64,000 nt of DNA. It comes from an uncultured delta proteobacterium (GTDB lineage Bacteria; Desulfobacterota; Binatia; HRBIN30; BPIQ01). The stretch spans positions 64,001-128,000 of the forward strand of contig CAVXGR010000011.1 of NCBI GenBank assembly GCA_963761335.1, read 5' to 3'. This document shows positions 26,021 through 36,124 of this stretch, piece after piece. Made by a program: the position numbers and the translations under genes. Numbering within the stretch: position 1 is the stretch's first letter; each line of letters begins with the position of its first letter. The notes below the pieces were generated by a model that made no database searches, was not told where the DNA came from, and worked only from the letters and a program-made list of their open reading frames with translations.

Positions 26021-29000
26021 TCATTCCGGCAAATCTCCGGCCTGGCGCCGCACGAGCCACAGGTGCATCCTGATCAGCAGGTAATACACAACCGGCGTCG
26101 CCACCAGCGACAGCAGCACAGAAATCAGCAGCGCGCCAATGACGGCGATCCCCAGCGGCTGGAGCATCTGGGCACCGGTGCCGACGCCGTAGGCGAGCGG
26201 CAACATGCCGAGCGCGGCCGCCAGTGAGGTCATCAGCACCGGCCGCAGCCTCCGCAGGCCTGCACCCACCAACGCTTCAACCAGCTCCACCCCCTGCGCC
26301 TGCAGTTGCTGGAAATAGTCGAGCACCAGAATGCCGTTCTTGGTCACGATGCCGACGCCGATGATCGCACCGAGGAAGGAAACGATGTTCAGCGTGACGC
26401 CCGTCACCCACAACGCGGCCACCGTCCCGAACAGGGCCAGCACGGCCCCGAACACGATGGCGATGGGCTCGTAGAACGATCGGAACTCGATCAGCAGGAC
26501 GGTGAAGACCAGCAGGATCGCCGCGAGCAATACCGCCACAAGGTTGCGGAATGATTCCTGCTGCTCCTGATACAGTCCGCCGTACTCCACTGTGCCAGTC
26601 GGCAGCCAGCTGTCCTGGCTGAGCTTGGACTTGATCTCCCGCATGGCGCTGCCCAGGTCGATGCCCTCCAGCCGCGCCCTGACAGTAATGGCCTGCCGCA
26701 AATTGTCGCGGTCCAATTGCACCTGGCTCGGCACAACACGCACGTCAGCCACTTGCGCCAGCCGCACAACTGCACCGCTTGGCGTCCGAATAGGCAGTTG
26801 GCGCAGCGTGGCGATTTTGTTTACGCTTTGAGGTCGGGCGAGAACGCGGATGTTCACCACGCGGTCGCCTTCGAGCATATAGGACGAGATTTGTCCGAGC
26901 AAAGCGGTGTTCGTGACGTCGGCGATGTCTCGAGCAGTCAGTCCAAAGCGTTGCGCGTCGGCGGGTCGCACCCGCAGATTGATGGATGGCCCGGTTTCGG
27001 TCAGTCCGTTGAAGGTGTCCACCACGCCGGTAATCGTCTTGATCTCGGCCTCCACGCGCGGCGCCACCTCTTCCAGCCACTGCAAATCCGGCGAGAACAA
27101 TCTGATTTCTATCGGATCCGGGGCCAGCTGCAGATCACCGATCAGGTCTTCCAGGTAGCCATGAAAATCCCAGCGCACCATCGGAAACCGCCGGTTGAAC
27201 TCGTGCCGCATGGCGGCGAGGACTTCCTGCGTCGAGCGTCTCCGGTCGGGTTTGAGTCGAATGAGGTAATCGCCCCTGTAGGCCTCGGTAATGAACGGCC
27301 CCAGCTGCGTGCCCAACCGGCGCGAGTAGCTCTCCACGTCGGGATTGGCACGAATGCTGTTTTCCACCTCGTCGAGGACGCGCGACGTCTCGGTGAGACT
27401 GGTGCCCGGCAACGCCGTAAAGTCCATGACAAACCCACCTTCATCAAAGGTCGGCATGAAACTCGTTTGTAGTTGCCCGTACAGGTAGACGCCGGCAGTG
27501 AGAACGATCGCACTCGCCAGCAACGTCAGCCCACTATACCGCAATGCGGAGCGGACGGCATATTCATAGACACGGAGGACACGCTTGAACAGAAAGCCGG
27601 CCTCCCCGTCGGACGGAGGCGCACCCTTTCCCGGGCTGGCTGCGCGCGAATCAGCCACCCGGCGAGCGCCGGCGTCAAGATGAGCGCCAAAACCAGCGAG
27701 ACCAGCAGCGCCACGGTCATCGTCAGACCCAGGGCGCGGAAGAACACGCCTGCCAGTCCGGTCAGATACGCGAGCGGGAGGAATACCACCACCGGTGTCA
27801 GCGTGGATCCGAGCAGCGCATGCAGGATCTCCCCAACCCCTTCTTGGACGCCCTCCTGGCGCGGCCGGCCGGCGGCAATCCGCGCGTGCATGGCCTCGAC
27901 GACCACAATGGCGTCGTCGATCACCAAGCCGATGGCGGCGGCGATGCCGCCGAGCGTCATCATGTTGAAGCTCATGTGCGCGGCCTTCATCGCGACCAGC
28001 GTGATGAGCACCGTGATCGGGATGGTGACGATGGCGGTGAGGACGCTGCCCCAGCTCTTGAGGAAGAGAAACAGAATGAGGACCGAGAGAATGACGCCGA
28101 AAATGATGGCGTCCCAGACGCTGCCCACCGAGTCGCGCACGAACTGGGATTGATCGTAGAAAAAGGCTAGGTGCATGTCCGGCGGGAGCTCATGGCGCAA
28201 TTGCTTCAGTTGGGCTTTCAACGCCGCGGCAATTCCCAGGACACTACTGTCCGGCTGACTTTCGATGTTGAACAAGACCGCTTGCCGGCGCTGTGCGGTG
28301 ACGATGGTGTAGGCTGGCTGCGGCCCGCGCACCACTTGTGCGACGTCTTTGATGCGGAGCGGATGCGCACCCTGGACCGCGATCACCAGATTCTCGATGT
28401 CCGCCGGCGAGTGGGCGCGTCCGTCGACCGTCGTCAGATACAAATGATAGTTCTCCTCGATCATGCCGGCGGCGGCCACGAGGTTGCTTTGGGCCAGTGC
28501 GCCGCTCACGTCTTGCAGGCTGACGTGCGCGGCCTGCAGCTCCAGGGGATCCACAATGACGTGCCATTCCGGCACGTAGCCGCCCATGAGCTCCACCTTT
28601 GCGACGCCGGGAATTTGCAGAAACAGGGGCTTGATCTGGTAATTGGCCGTATCCCACAAATCCATCTGGCTGCGGGTGGAGCTGGTGAGGCTGATGCCGA
28701 TGATCGGGTAGCTGAGCGAAAACGCCACCCGCGAAACGTCGGTCACGGTGGTGGGCGGCAAATCGCCGCGAATTTCCGATAGCCGCCCCATCACGTAGAG
28801 CTCCGAGCGCTGCATGTCCGTGCCCCAGTTGAAGAGCACGCTGATCACGGCCGAGCCCCGCGTCGTGGAGGACCGCACCGAGGCCACCCCGGGGATGCTC
28901 TTCATGGTCTCCTCGATCGGGCGCGTGATCGTGGCCATCATCTCGTTGGCTGGCATGATCCCGTTGTTCACGAGGACGACGACGCGCGGGAAAGCCGTCT

Positions 29001-29133
29001 GTGGGAACACCGAGGAGGGCATGCGCGCGGCCGAGAAGACGCCTGCCAGGCATAGGGCGAGCGCGATGAAGGTTATGGAGACCGCGTGCCACGCGGCAAA
29101 CTGGCCCACTCGGGATGAGGCACCGGGGTTCAT
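26021..29133 (-). CDS. RND efflux permease (CusA/AcrB superfamily) split by one frameshift near 27630
   Basis: N-half has GLVIDDAIVVVE (27526-29133); C-half has GIVTKNGIL and RLRPVLMTS (26021-27658). Together they make about one full-length permease. Confidence 0.88.
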
Positions 29134-30257
29134 TGGGCTGGAGATGGATGGAAGTTTGCGGCCGGCGTTTTGTCTCTGGGCGAACTCACCACCTCGAGCT
29201 TGGTCTTGTCCGGCAGTCCGTAGGCCCCGACCGTTACGACTTTATCTCCTGATTTGAGCCCCGTTCCTTCAATTTCGACCCATCCGTCTTCGCGGAAGCC
29301 TGTTCGCACCGGCGTCTGGATCGCTTGAGCGTCCTTCACCAATGAGATGACGCTGCGGCCCGTCACGTCCGTCACCACGCTTTCTTCCGGTGCGGCGAGG
29401 CAGTTCGCGTGAACCGCCGTAACGATACGTAGGGAAACAAACTGGCCGGGTCGCAAGCCGCTGTCCGCCGGCAAGGACGCGCGCGCCATCACCGTGCCGT
29501 TGCTCGGGTCGACCACCGGGCTGACGAATGAAAGGGTAGTCGCCACCGGCGGTTGCGCCAGCACCTGCACCCGCACCCCGTAACCGGGCTGTAGCTCGCC
29601 TGCTTGTGACGCAGGAACATCGGTCCTCACCCCCAACCGATGCAGATCCATCACCTCCGCCACCACCGTGTTCATGTCCACGGCTGCGCCGGGTTTGACG
29701 TTGACGCGCGTCACGGTGCCCGACAGCGGCGCGGTGATGCGCAGCAAGGCCACGCGCGCCTCGGCGTCCTGCAAGTTCTTGAGCGACGTGTTGTGTTGCG
29801 CGTACAGCTTCTGCTGTCGTGCCACTTCCTGTTCCGCATAAGTCGCCGTCGCGCTGCCGGAGTTCAAAGTCATCAGCAGCTCGCCCTTGCGCACGTGCTG
29901 CCCTTCGGCGACGTTCATGCTGGCCACGACGCCGGATGTCGGGGCAGCCAGTGGCGCGTCAGCGGCAGGTTCAGTCGCAGTGGCCGGCGCCGGCTCCACC
30001 TCGCCGTAGCCGTTGACGTAGCGGTGCAAGGTCATCCGCTCGAGCCTGCCGACTTGCACGCTGACGACCGTGGGCATGTCCGTCTCTTCTTCGCCGTACG
30101 TCGAAGCTGTGCCGTGCATTTTGAAGAGCGCATACACACCGAGCCCGGCACACAAGACAACGACGAGGCTGACGATGGTTTGGAAGGTATTCGCCGGGAC
30201 GCGGCTGTCCCTGCTTCGGCGCACATCCGACATAGCGGCTGATCTCCGCATCTTCAT
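29130..30257 (-). CDS. RND periplasmic adaptor
   Basis: AAPTSGVV...EGQHVRKGELL, ITAPLSGTV, LRPGQFV. Confidence 0.92.
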   Translation of the reverse strand: MKMRRSAAMSDVRRSRDSRVPANTFQTIVSLVVVLCAGLGVYALFKMHGTASTYGEEETDMPTVVSVQVGRLERMTLHRYVNGYGEVEPAPATATEPAADAPLAAPTSGVVASMNVAEGQHVRKGELLMTLNSGSATATYAEQEVARQQKLYAQHNTSLKNLQDAEARVALLRITAPLSGTVTRVNVKPGAAVDMNTVVAEVMDLHRLGVRTDVPASQAGELQPGYGVRVQVLAQPPVATTLSFVSPVVDPSNGTVMARASLPADSGLRPGQFVSLRIVTAVHANCLAAPEESVVTDVTGRSVISLVKDAQAIQTPVRTGFREDGWVEIEGTGLKSGDKVVTVGAYGLPDKTKLEVVSSPRDKTPAANFHPSPAQ

Positions 30258-31660
30258 CGCGAAACGGTGCCTTTCTCCGCCGCGTCGAGTGCGGCCCGTG
30301 GCAGGGTCAAAGGACTCTGGACAGCATCTTCGATTTGGCCGAGCGCCTGCTGCGTCTGGACCAGTGCGTTGAGTCGATGTTGCGCGCCGGCCAGAAATTC
30401 CACCTCGGAATTTGCCACGGTCAGCGGTTCGGCTTCACCCAACTGGACCTGCGCGCGGGCGGAATTCAACTGCCGTCGCAAATTCTCTTGCAGCGCCTCG
30501 GCGGTGGCCACCTGCTGTAATGCCGCCTGGTAGCTGACCAGTGCGCTGTCGATTTCACCGATCGCCTGTGCCTGCACGGTGAGAAAGTGTGCCGCAGCCA
30601 GCTCGCGCTTCGCCCGACCCTCGGCGATACGGCCTTGATTCTGATTCAGGATCGGCACAGTGAGGGTCACGCCGAGGTCCCATTCGCTGTCGCCGGCGTT
30701 GCCGGCGTTCCAGACATACCCCGGGCCGAGATGGAGGTCGGGATACTGATTGGCGATCTCGAGTTGGAGGGCGGACTGGCTGGCCGCGTATTCGGCTAGG
30801 GCGCCACGAACATCCGCCCGGCTCAACAAGGCCCGCTGCCGAGCTTCCGGCCGGGTCAGTTGCTGGGGAAACCGCTTGAAGCCGGCAAACGAGAACCGGG
30901 TCCCGTCCAAGGCGCGCGCCGGCAGTCCCAGGGCGGAAGCCAGCTGCGCGAGGGCCTGGTGGGATTGTCCGACGGACTGTTGCCACGCAATCCGCGTAGT
31001 GTCCAGCGCGACGCGGGCCTGGGTGACTTCGTAGCTGGATAGGTTGCCGGCGGTGAACTGGCCTTCGAGCAGCCGAACAACAGTGCTTTGCGCCGATTTT
31101 TGCCGATCTAAGAGCGATTGGGCTTCGCGCGCCGCGTAGAAGCTGAGCAACGCGGCGCGGACGCGGCTACGCACCTGCCATACGATGCCGACCAGATTCC
31201 AGCGTGCCGCAGCGGAAAGGTAACGCGCTTGTGCGATCCGATAGCCGCGCTTGCCGGCAGTCTCGATGGGCCAGTCGATACTTACCGGCACCAGCCAGGG
31301 ACTGAAGTTGCCGGGAATGCCGGAATCGAATCCGGGCGTCACCGACACGGAAGGATTCGGACGCTGGCCCGCGGTGACTTGCGTCGCCTGTGCCGCCAGC
31401 AGCTGCACGCGCGCCTCGGCCAGCGCGGGTTGATAGTAGAAGGCGACGAGCGTGAGCGCTTTCAGGTTCCAGGCATCGCCCGCCGACGGCGCTACGACGT
31501 GGTTCTCTTCCAAAAACGCGCGCAAGCCTTCGTCGGTGAGCGACCGCATGTCGAACGCCGCTGCGGTTTCTCCGGGTGCAATCGGCCGTGGATGATAGGC
31601 GGCACAGCCGGCCAGCAACACCAGGGTGGCAACGATCAAGGGCGCTCTTAGCGATGGCAT
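30254..31660 (-). CDS. TolC-family outer membrane lipoprotein
   Basis: Lipobox LAGC, PNPSVS, IETAGKR, YPDLHLGPG, PILNQNQG. Confidence 0.92.
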   Translation of the reverse strand: MPSLRAPLIVATLVLLAGCAAYHPRPIAPGETAAAFDMRSLTDEGLRAFLEENHVVAPSAGDAWNLKALTLVAFYYQPALAEARVQLLAAQATQVTAGQRPNPSVSVTPGFDSGIPGNFSPWLVPVSIDWPIETAGKRGYRIAQARYLSAAARWNLVGIVWQVRSRVRAALLSFYAAREAQSLLDRQKSAQSTVVRLLEGQFTAGNLSSYEVTQARVALDTTRIAWQQSVGQSHQALAQLASALGLPARALDGTRFSFAGFKRFPQQLTRPEARQRALLSRADVRGALAEYAASQSALQLEIANQYPDLHLGPGYVWNAGNAGDSEWDLGVTLTVPILNQNQGRIAEGRAKRELAAAHFLTVQAQAIGEIDSALVSYQAALQQVATAEALQENLRRQLNSARAQVQLGEAEPLTVANSEVEFLAGAQHRLNALVQTQQALGQIEDAVQSPLTLPRAALDAAEKGTVSR

Positions 31661-31767
31661 ATCAAGGTCCCGAGGAACTCACATAGGCCGTGAATCGAAC
31701 GCCAACGGTCACTTTCAACGGGCACGCTAACACGATGGCCCTGAACGCATGATGAACGAGACCTAAA
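31606..31767 (-). repeat. Diverged ~160-bp direct repeat, copy A (promoter plus TolC signal peptide)
   Basis: Aligns with 32631-32792 at offset 1025; carries TTYAN half-sites at 11-bp spacing. Confidence 0.9.
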
Positions 31768-31974
31768 ATCAGAGCGCCTGTCCTGCCGTCGTAGCGATAG
31801 ACAGCGCCATGGCTTCAGAGAGCCGATCGCATCCACCCGGGCGCGCTCCGTTGGCGACAAAGAAGTCGATGAAAGCCCCCGTCCGTCCGCTGAAGCGGAT
31901 GATGGTCCCCCTTCCCCGACAGCGGATTGATTCCCCGGCCGCGGCATCCCGCTCTGCGATACTCCGACTGCCGA

Positions 31975-32376
31975 TTACTGGCCGTGCCGGCCGGAATGCT
32001 TGGCCGCCCGCTGGTCGGCGGCGTGCTCCGCGCTCTCGTGCAGGGCGCTCTCGTGCGTCTGCGACAGAACCTTACCGGTGCCGGCGTCCACCATCACTTC
32101 CTGGACCCCGCTCTTTCCCGGGATCTGTATGTCGAACGAGTAGATCAGGCAGCTCTGCTCGACCTCCAGCTCTCCTTCGGAGATGCCCGGTTCCTTCGAC
32201 GACTTGACGGCCTTGAGGGCCGTCTCCTCCGCCTGCTCCTTCGAGATCTTGGCGAGCTGCGGCAGGTTTGCCTCCGGCGTGCCCTTGGCGGGGTGGATGC
32301 TGCATTGCAGAGCGTAGCTCGCCGGCGCGCCGGCCAGCAACAGCGCTCCGGCAACTGTGATGATACGGATCTTCAT
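31975..32376 (-). CDS. PepSY domain secreted protein
   Basis: AKISKEQAEETALKAV...ELEVE...YSFDI...EVMVDAGTGKVL; AAGGAGG SD. Confidence 0.9.
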   Translation of the reverse strand: MKIRIITVAGALLLAGAPASYALQCSIHPAKGTPEANLPQLAKISKEQAEETALKAVKSSKEPGISEGELEVEQSCLIYSFDIQIPGKSGVQEVMVDAGTGKVLSQTHESALHESAEHAADQRAAKHSGRHGQ

Positions 32377-32630
32377 TTTGGGCCTCCTTTCGAGGTGTGC
32401 CTTTCACGGTCTCACGTTCGCCGCACGATCGAAGACCCGGCCGCTGCAAAGGGTCATCCGGCGGCCGACTGCGCGGGAGGAGTCGGTGAGCGCGATTGAT
32501 CGCTACCAGCTGCGACTCAGGAGCATTCCTCCGGCGAGCGCAGTGCCTCCGTCCGGCGTCTCGATCGGCTCTGCCATCGGCCCGCCGACGCCAGGTCCGG
32601 GAGACGCAAAAACCGTCGAGGCCCCGGCGA

Positions 32631-32792
32631 AGCCGGCCAGCAACACCAGGGTGGCAACGATCAAGGGAGGTCTTAGCGACGGCATATCAAGGTCCCAAGG
32701 AACTCACATCGACCGCGAATCGAACGCCAACGGTCACCTTCAGCCAATACGCTAGCACGATGGCCCTGAACGCATGATGAAGGAGATCTAAA
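32631..32792 (-). repeat. Direct repeat copy B; truncated tolC start with lipobox Cys changed to Phe
   Basis: MPSLRPPLIVATLVLLAGFA versus MPSLRAPLIVATLVLLAGCA. Confidence 0.88.
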
Positions 32793-32822
32793 TTTTCGTT
32801 CATCTTGGCCGTCGTGCCGCCG

Positions 32823-32900
32823 GCCGGGCGAGTCGAGTCCGTGGAACCAGAGGCTGATCGAATGATCGAAGGCCGTCGCCTCGCCTTCGAGCACCGCGTC
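32823..32900 (-). pseudogene. Possible PAP2-family phosphatase fragment
   Basis: VLEGEATAFDHSISLWFHGLDSP resembles PAP2 N-terminal segments, but it is very short. Confidence 0.4.
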
Positions 32901-32904
32901 GGCA

Positions 32905-33132
32905 CTCTAGCTCGTAGCGATATAGCCGGTAGGCAATGAACCCGAGAAAAACGGCCATCGCGACCGGATAGTACCAGAACCTTTCTCGAAGAAGCCCGGC
33001 CAGCCGAAGGAGAAAGTGCTCGGATACCGCCCAGGTGGCGATCCTCGCGATGATCTCGCTGACCGCGAAGCCGGCCTTCACCCAGAGCGTCAGGGTGAAG
33101 GCAGCGTGAAGCGCTCTCTCGGGGATCTTCAT
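32905..33132 (-). pseudogene. Internally deleted DUF2127-like membrane protein
   Basis: LHAAFTLTLWVKAGFAVSEI joined closely to LLRERFWYYPVAMAVFLGFIAYRLYRY. Confidence 0.6.
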
Positions 33133-33297
33133 CGCCACTCAGCCTCGACAGCAGCGGCAGACCATCGGCTGGGTCGTTGCGTGAGCCGTGACAGCTGCGC
33201 GTGCATGGCGAGAGCCGGATGGCGTAGCACGCGCCGGATAAAACTCGCAGCTTCTGCTGCGCTAATGGCTGACGTTACCAAGCACTACGTGCGGTGG

Positions 33298-33371
33298 CGG
33301 TATACCGGCGCCGCGCATCGACATCAGACGGCGCTGGGCGTGCAGTGCAGCCGCCGCGGAGAGTGTCTCAC
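33298..33371 (-). pseudogene. Collapsed remnant of the histidine kinase at 24526-25854
   Basis: GTGAGACACTCTC start joined to a near-identical copy of 25414-25472. Confidence 0.88.
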
Positions 33372-34045
33372 GGCTGCTCTTCCCGCAGCACGTAGCCGGC
33401 GCCTCGCACTGTATGAAGCAGTCGCGGCGCACCCTCGCTCTCGATCTTGCGCCGCAGCCGGTTGACGAACACCTCGATCAGGTTGGAGAGCGAATCGTAG
33501 TGATCGCCCCACACGTGCTCGGCGAGCATCGTGCGCGTCACCACCTCGTCGGCATGACGCATGAGAAACTCGAGCACGGCGAACTCGCGCGCCGTCAGCT
33601 CGATGCGCCGCCCACCCCGCTCCGCTTGCCGGCGCAGCAGATCGAGCTGCAGGTCGGCGACGCGCAGCAGCGCCGAACGCGTCTCCCGTCCGCGGCGCAG
33701 GAGAGCGTGGATGCGCGCCACCAGCTCGGCAAAGGCGAAGGGCTTGCTGAGGTAGTCGTCCGCACCGGCGTTGAGGCCGCCGACGCGCTCCTCGACGGAG
33801 GCGCGCGCCGTCAGGATCAGCACCGGCATGTCGAGGCTGCTCTGTCGCATTCGGCGCAGAATACTGATGCCGTCCTCCCCCGGAAGACCGAGATCGAGCA
33901 CCACCAGATCGTAGGTGTCGAGGAGGAGCCGGCGCCAGGCGTCGGCGGCGTCGCCACTGACGTCCACGGCCCACGACGCCTCTTCGAGGCCGCGTCGCAA
34001 ATAGCCGGCGAGTGCCTCCTCGTCCTCAACTACCAGCAGGCGCAT
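33368..34045 (-). CDS. OmpR-family response regulator (CusR/CopR-like)
   Basis: MRLLVVEDE, LDLGLPG, LTAR, GADDYLSKPF, LHTVRGAGY. Confidence 0.95.
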   Translation of the reverse strand: MRLLVVEDEEALAGYLRRGLEEASWAVDVSGDAADAWRRLLLDTYDLVVLDLGLPGEDGISILRRMRQSSLDMPVLILTARASVEERVGGLNAGADDYLSKPFAFAELVARIHALLRRGRETRSALLRVADLQLDLLRRQAERGGRRIELTAREFAVLEFLMRHADEVVTRTMLAEHVWGDHYDSLSNLIEVFVNRLRRKIESEGAPRLLHTVRGAGYVLREEQP

Positions 34046-34342
34046 GCACCGCCTCCCGGGCCGCACTCACGGACTTCGCCACGATTCCGACCACCATCAT
34101 ACCGACGATCGAGGACACATTAAGCGCGGTGTGCGTCAGCCACAAGCTCGCCATGCTGCCGCACAGCGCCAGACACCGGTGACCGAGCCGAGATCGCGGC
34201 CGCTGAGACGGGCGGTCACCCGCACCAGCTGGCGGAAGCACACGCAGTCCTCCACGGTGACGGTTTCGGCGCCGGCCGGCGGCGCAAGCGCCAAGCTCGA
34301 GACGAGCGCCACGGTGCCGGCGGCGATTCGGAGAAGGCGCAT
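34026..34342 (-). pseudogene. Collapsed TolC/RND operon remnant
   Basis: Signal peptide plus ETVTVEDCV (TolC-like start), then RND-like pieces VRVTARLSGRDLGSV and LWLTHTALNVSSIVGMMVVGIVAK. Confidence 0.7.
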
Positions 34343-34368
34343 CGGTTCCCATCCGTACCACGAGTCGC

Positions 34369-34395
34369 CTGAACCCAGGGTGAAGCCAGAATGAA
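34369..34395 (-). promoter_or_regulatory. Putative OmpR-family tandem binding box
   Basis: TTCAT-N6-TTCAC-N6-TTCAG; same architecture at 31741-31767 and 32766-32792. Confidence 0.65.
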
Positions 34396-34463
34396 TTTGC
34401 GTTCATGTGGGGCCTCCTGGGGAGCGCGGCTGTCCCCTCCACCTCTTCTTTTGGTGATTGCCG

Positions 34464-35117
34464 CTAGTGATTGCCGCCCGGCTGGTCGCGGTCCCATCCC
34501 GCCAGCCATACCTCGCGCCAGTACTCCGGCGGCTCGGCGACGACGCGCAGCGGCGCGCCGCTGCGCGGATGCGGGAGATCGATGCGGCGCGCGTGCAGCG
34601 CCAGGGGCAGCTCCCCGGGGACATCGTGGAGCCGATCGCCGAGAACCGGGTGCGATCGCGAGGCGCACTGGCGGCGGATCTGATGCGTGCGGCCGGTCTT
34701 CGGCAGCACCTCGAGCCATGACTTCTCGGCAGTGGAGGCGAGCACGCGAAAGGTGGACACGGCGCGCAGCGCCGGGCCGCTGCGGCCGGGGCGCGGCGGC
34801 AGCTCCGACTCGATGCGGTTCCACGACCGCGGCCACTCGCCGCGCACCACCGCCCAGTACGTCTTGCGCAGGCGCTTGTGCTCGAAGAGCGCCGCCATCG
34901 GCGCGTTGATGGCGCGGCTCTTGCCGAGCAGCACCACGCCGGTGGTGTCGGCGTCGAGCCGGTGAAAGAGCACCAGCTTGCGCCCGAGCCGCCTCTCGAG
35001 GATCGCCTGCAGATTGGCGCGGCCGGCGTCCCGGGTTGCGTGCACCGGCAAACGCGGCGGCTTATTGACCGCCAGCAGCACGTCGTCCTCGTAAAGGATC
35101 TCGATGTCCGGCTCCAT
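34464..35117 (-). CDS. RluA-family pseudouridine synthase
   Basis: ILYEDD, VNKPP, HRLDADTTG, TGRTHQIR, LHAR. Confidence 0.95.
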   Translation of the reverse strand: MEPDIEILYEDDVLLAVNKPPRLPVHATRDAGRANLQAILERRLGRKLVLFHRLDADTTGVVLLGKSRAINAPMAALFEHKRLRKTYWAVVRGEWPRSWNRIESELPPRPGRSGPALRAVSTFRVLASTAEKSWLEVLPKTGRTHQIRRQCASRSHPVLGDRLHDVPGELPLALHARRIDLPHPRSGAPLRVVAEPPEYWREVWLAGWDRDQPGGNH

Positions 35118-35128
35118 GGCGCGCGTCG

Positions 35129-35542
35129 TCAGGAGTGTGCGGGCAGCAGGCGTACGGCGATCGATCGCGAGGTGTCCTGGAGGAAGCCCACCCAGACGTC
35201 CGCCAGCCCGTACTTTTGGCGGAGAAGGCTGCGGATGCGCTCGTGCCCCTGCGGGTTCGGCACCACCTCGGCGCGGAACGCCTGGAAATGGCCATTCCGT
35301 CTGAGCGCCACCCGCGGGCTGACGAGGACATCGCGATACCACGGGCGCTCCGGAGTGGCGGCCTCGAGCCACAGCTCATCTCCTTGAGGCGCCACCCAGA
35401 CACGCGTGAGGCGGGCCGTCCCTTCGGCCGCCGTGGTGCGGATGACCACCACCTCCTGCCCCTCCAGAGCGAGCAGAGTGATGCCGCCGAGGAGAAGCAA
35501 CACCACGCCGACGGTGGCGACGAGTCGCTTCAGGACGCTCAC
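35129..35542 (-). CDS. Membrane-anchored split-barrel (DUF385/DUF2255-like) protein
   Basis: N-terminal TM; VIRTT...RLTRVWV...WYRDV..SPRV...RQKYG. Confidence 0.65.
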   Translation of the reverse strand: MSVLKRLVATVGVVLLLLGGITLLALEGQEVVVIRTTAAEGTARLTRVWVAPQGDELWLEAATPERPWYRDVLVSPRVALRRNGHFQAFRAEVVPNPQGHERIRSLLRQKYGLADVWVGFLQDTSRSIAVRLLPAHS

Positions 35543-35719
35543 GCCACATTGCTTCCCGGGATCGACGGCTAAATCAACCCTCGCGGGGGCGCGGCGACCC
35601 TATCTTTTGAGGGATGCGGCCAGCATGGCCGCGCTCCCGTGGAGAGATGCGGCCCGGCGGGCCGCCGTCCGGTTTGGATCGCACCGGAACGGCGTGTAAA
35701 GTCGGTCCATGGTGCGCCG

Positions 35720-36124
35720 GTGAGGGGGGGCGATCCCCGCGACTGGATGTGGTCCCAGGCGCTCGACATGCTGCGACAGGCGGAGCGATTGCAACGCCAG
35801 TTCTTTCAGCTCGGCCGCACTCGATCGCGCCACAGCTGGAGTCCCCCGGTCGACGTGTTCGAGGCCGGCGACGAGTTCCTGATCGTGGTCGCCCTCCCCG
35901 GAGTGCGGCCGGAGAGCCTCGAGGTGATGGTGGACGGCGGCCTGCTCATCGTCTCGGGATCCCGCTCCCTCTGCCTGCCGGACCGCTCCGCAATCGTGCG
36001 CCGATTGGAGATCCCGCACGGGCGCTTCGAGCGCTACATCGAGCTGCCGCGCGGGGTGTTCGAGATCCGCGGTCGCGAGCTGGCGAACGGCTGCCTGACT
36101 CTCTCTCTGCGGAGGCTTTCCTGA
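35720..36124 (+). CDS. Hsp20/alpha-crystallin small heat-shock protein
   Basis: WSPPVDVFE, VALPGV, EIPHGRFERYIELP, NGCLTLSL. Alternative start at 35747. Confidence 0.92.
   Translation: MRGGDPRDWMWSQALDMLRQAERLQRQFFQLGRTRSRHSWSPPVDVFEAGDEFLIVVALPGVRPESLEVMVDGGLLIVSGSRSLCLPDRSAIVRRLEIPHGRFERYIELPRGVFEIRGRELANGCLTLSLRRLS

Noticed and set aside
27624..27634. GGGAAAG slippery heptamer as a programmed -1 frameshift
   Set aside because: It is phased in the downstream frame, not the initiating frame, so canonical tandem slippage would not join the halves.
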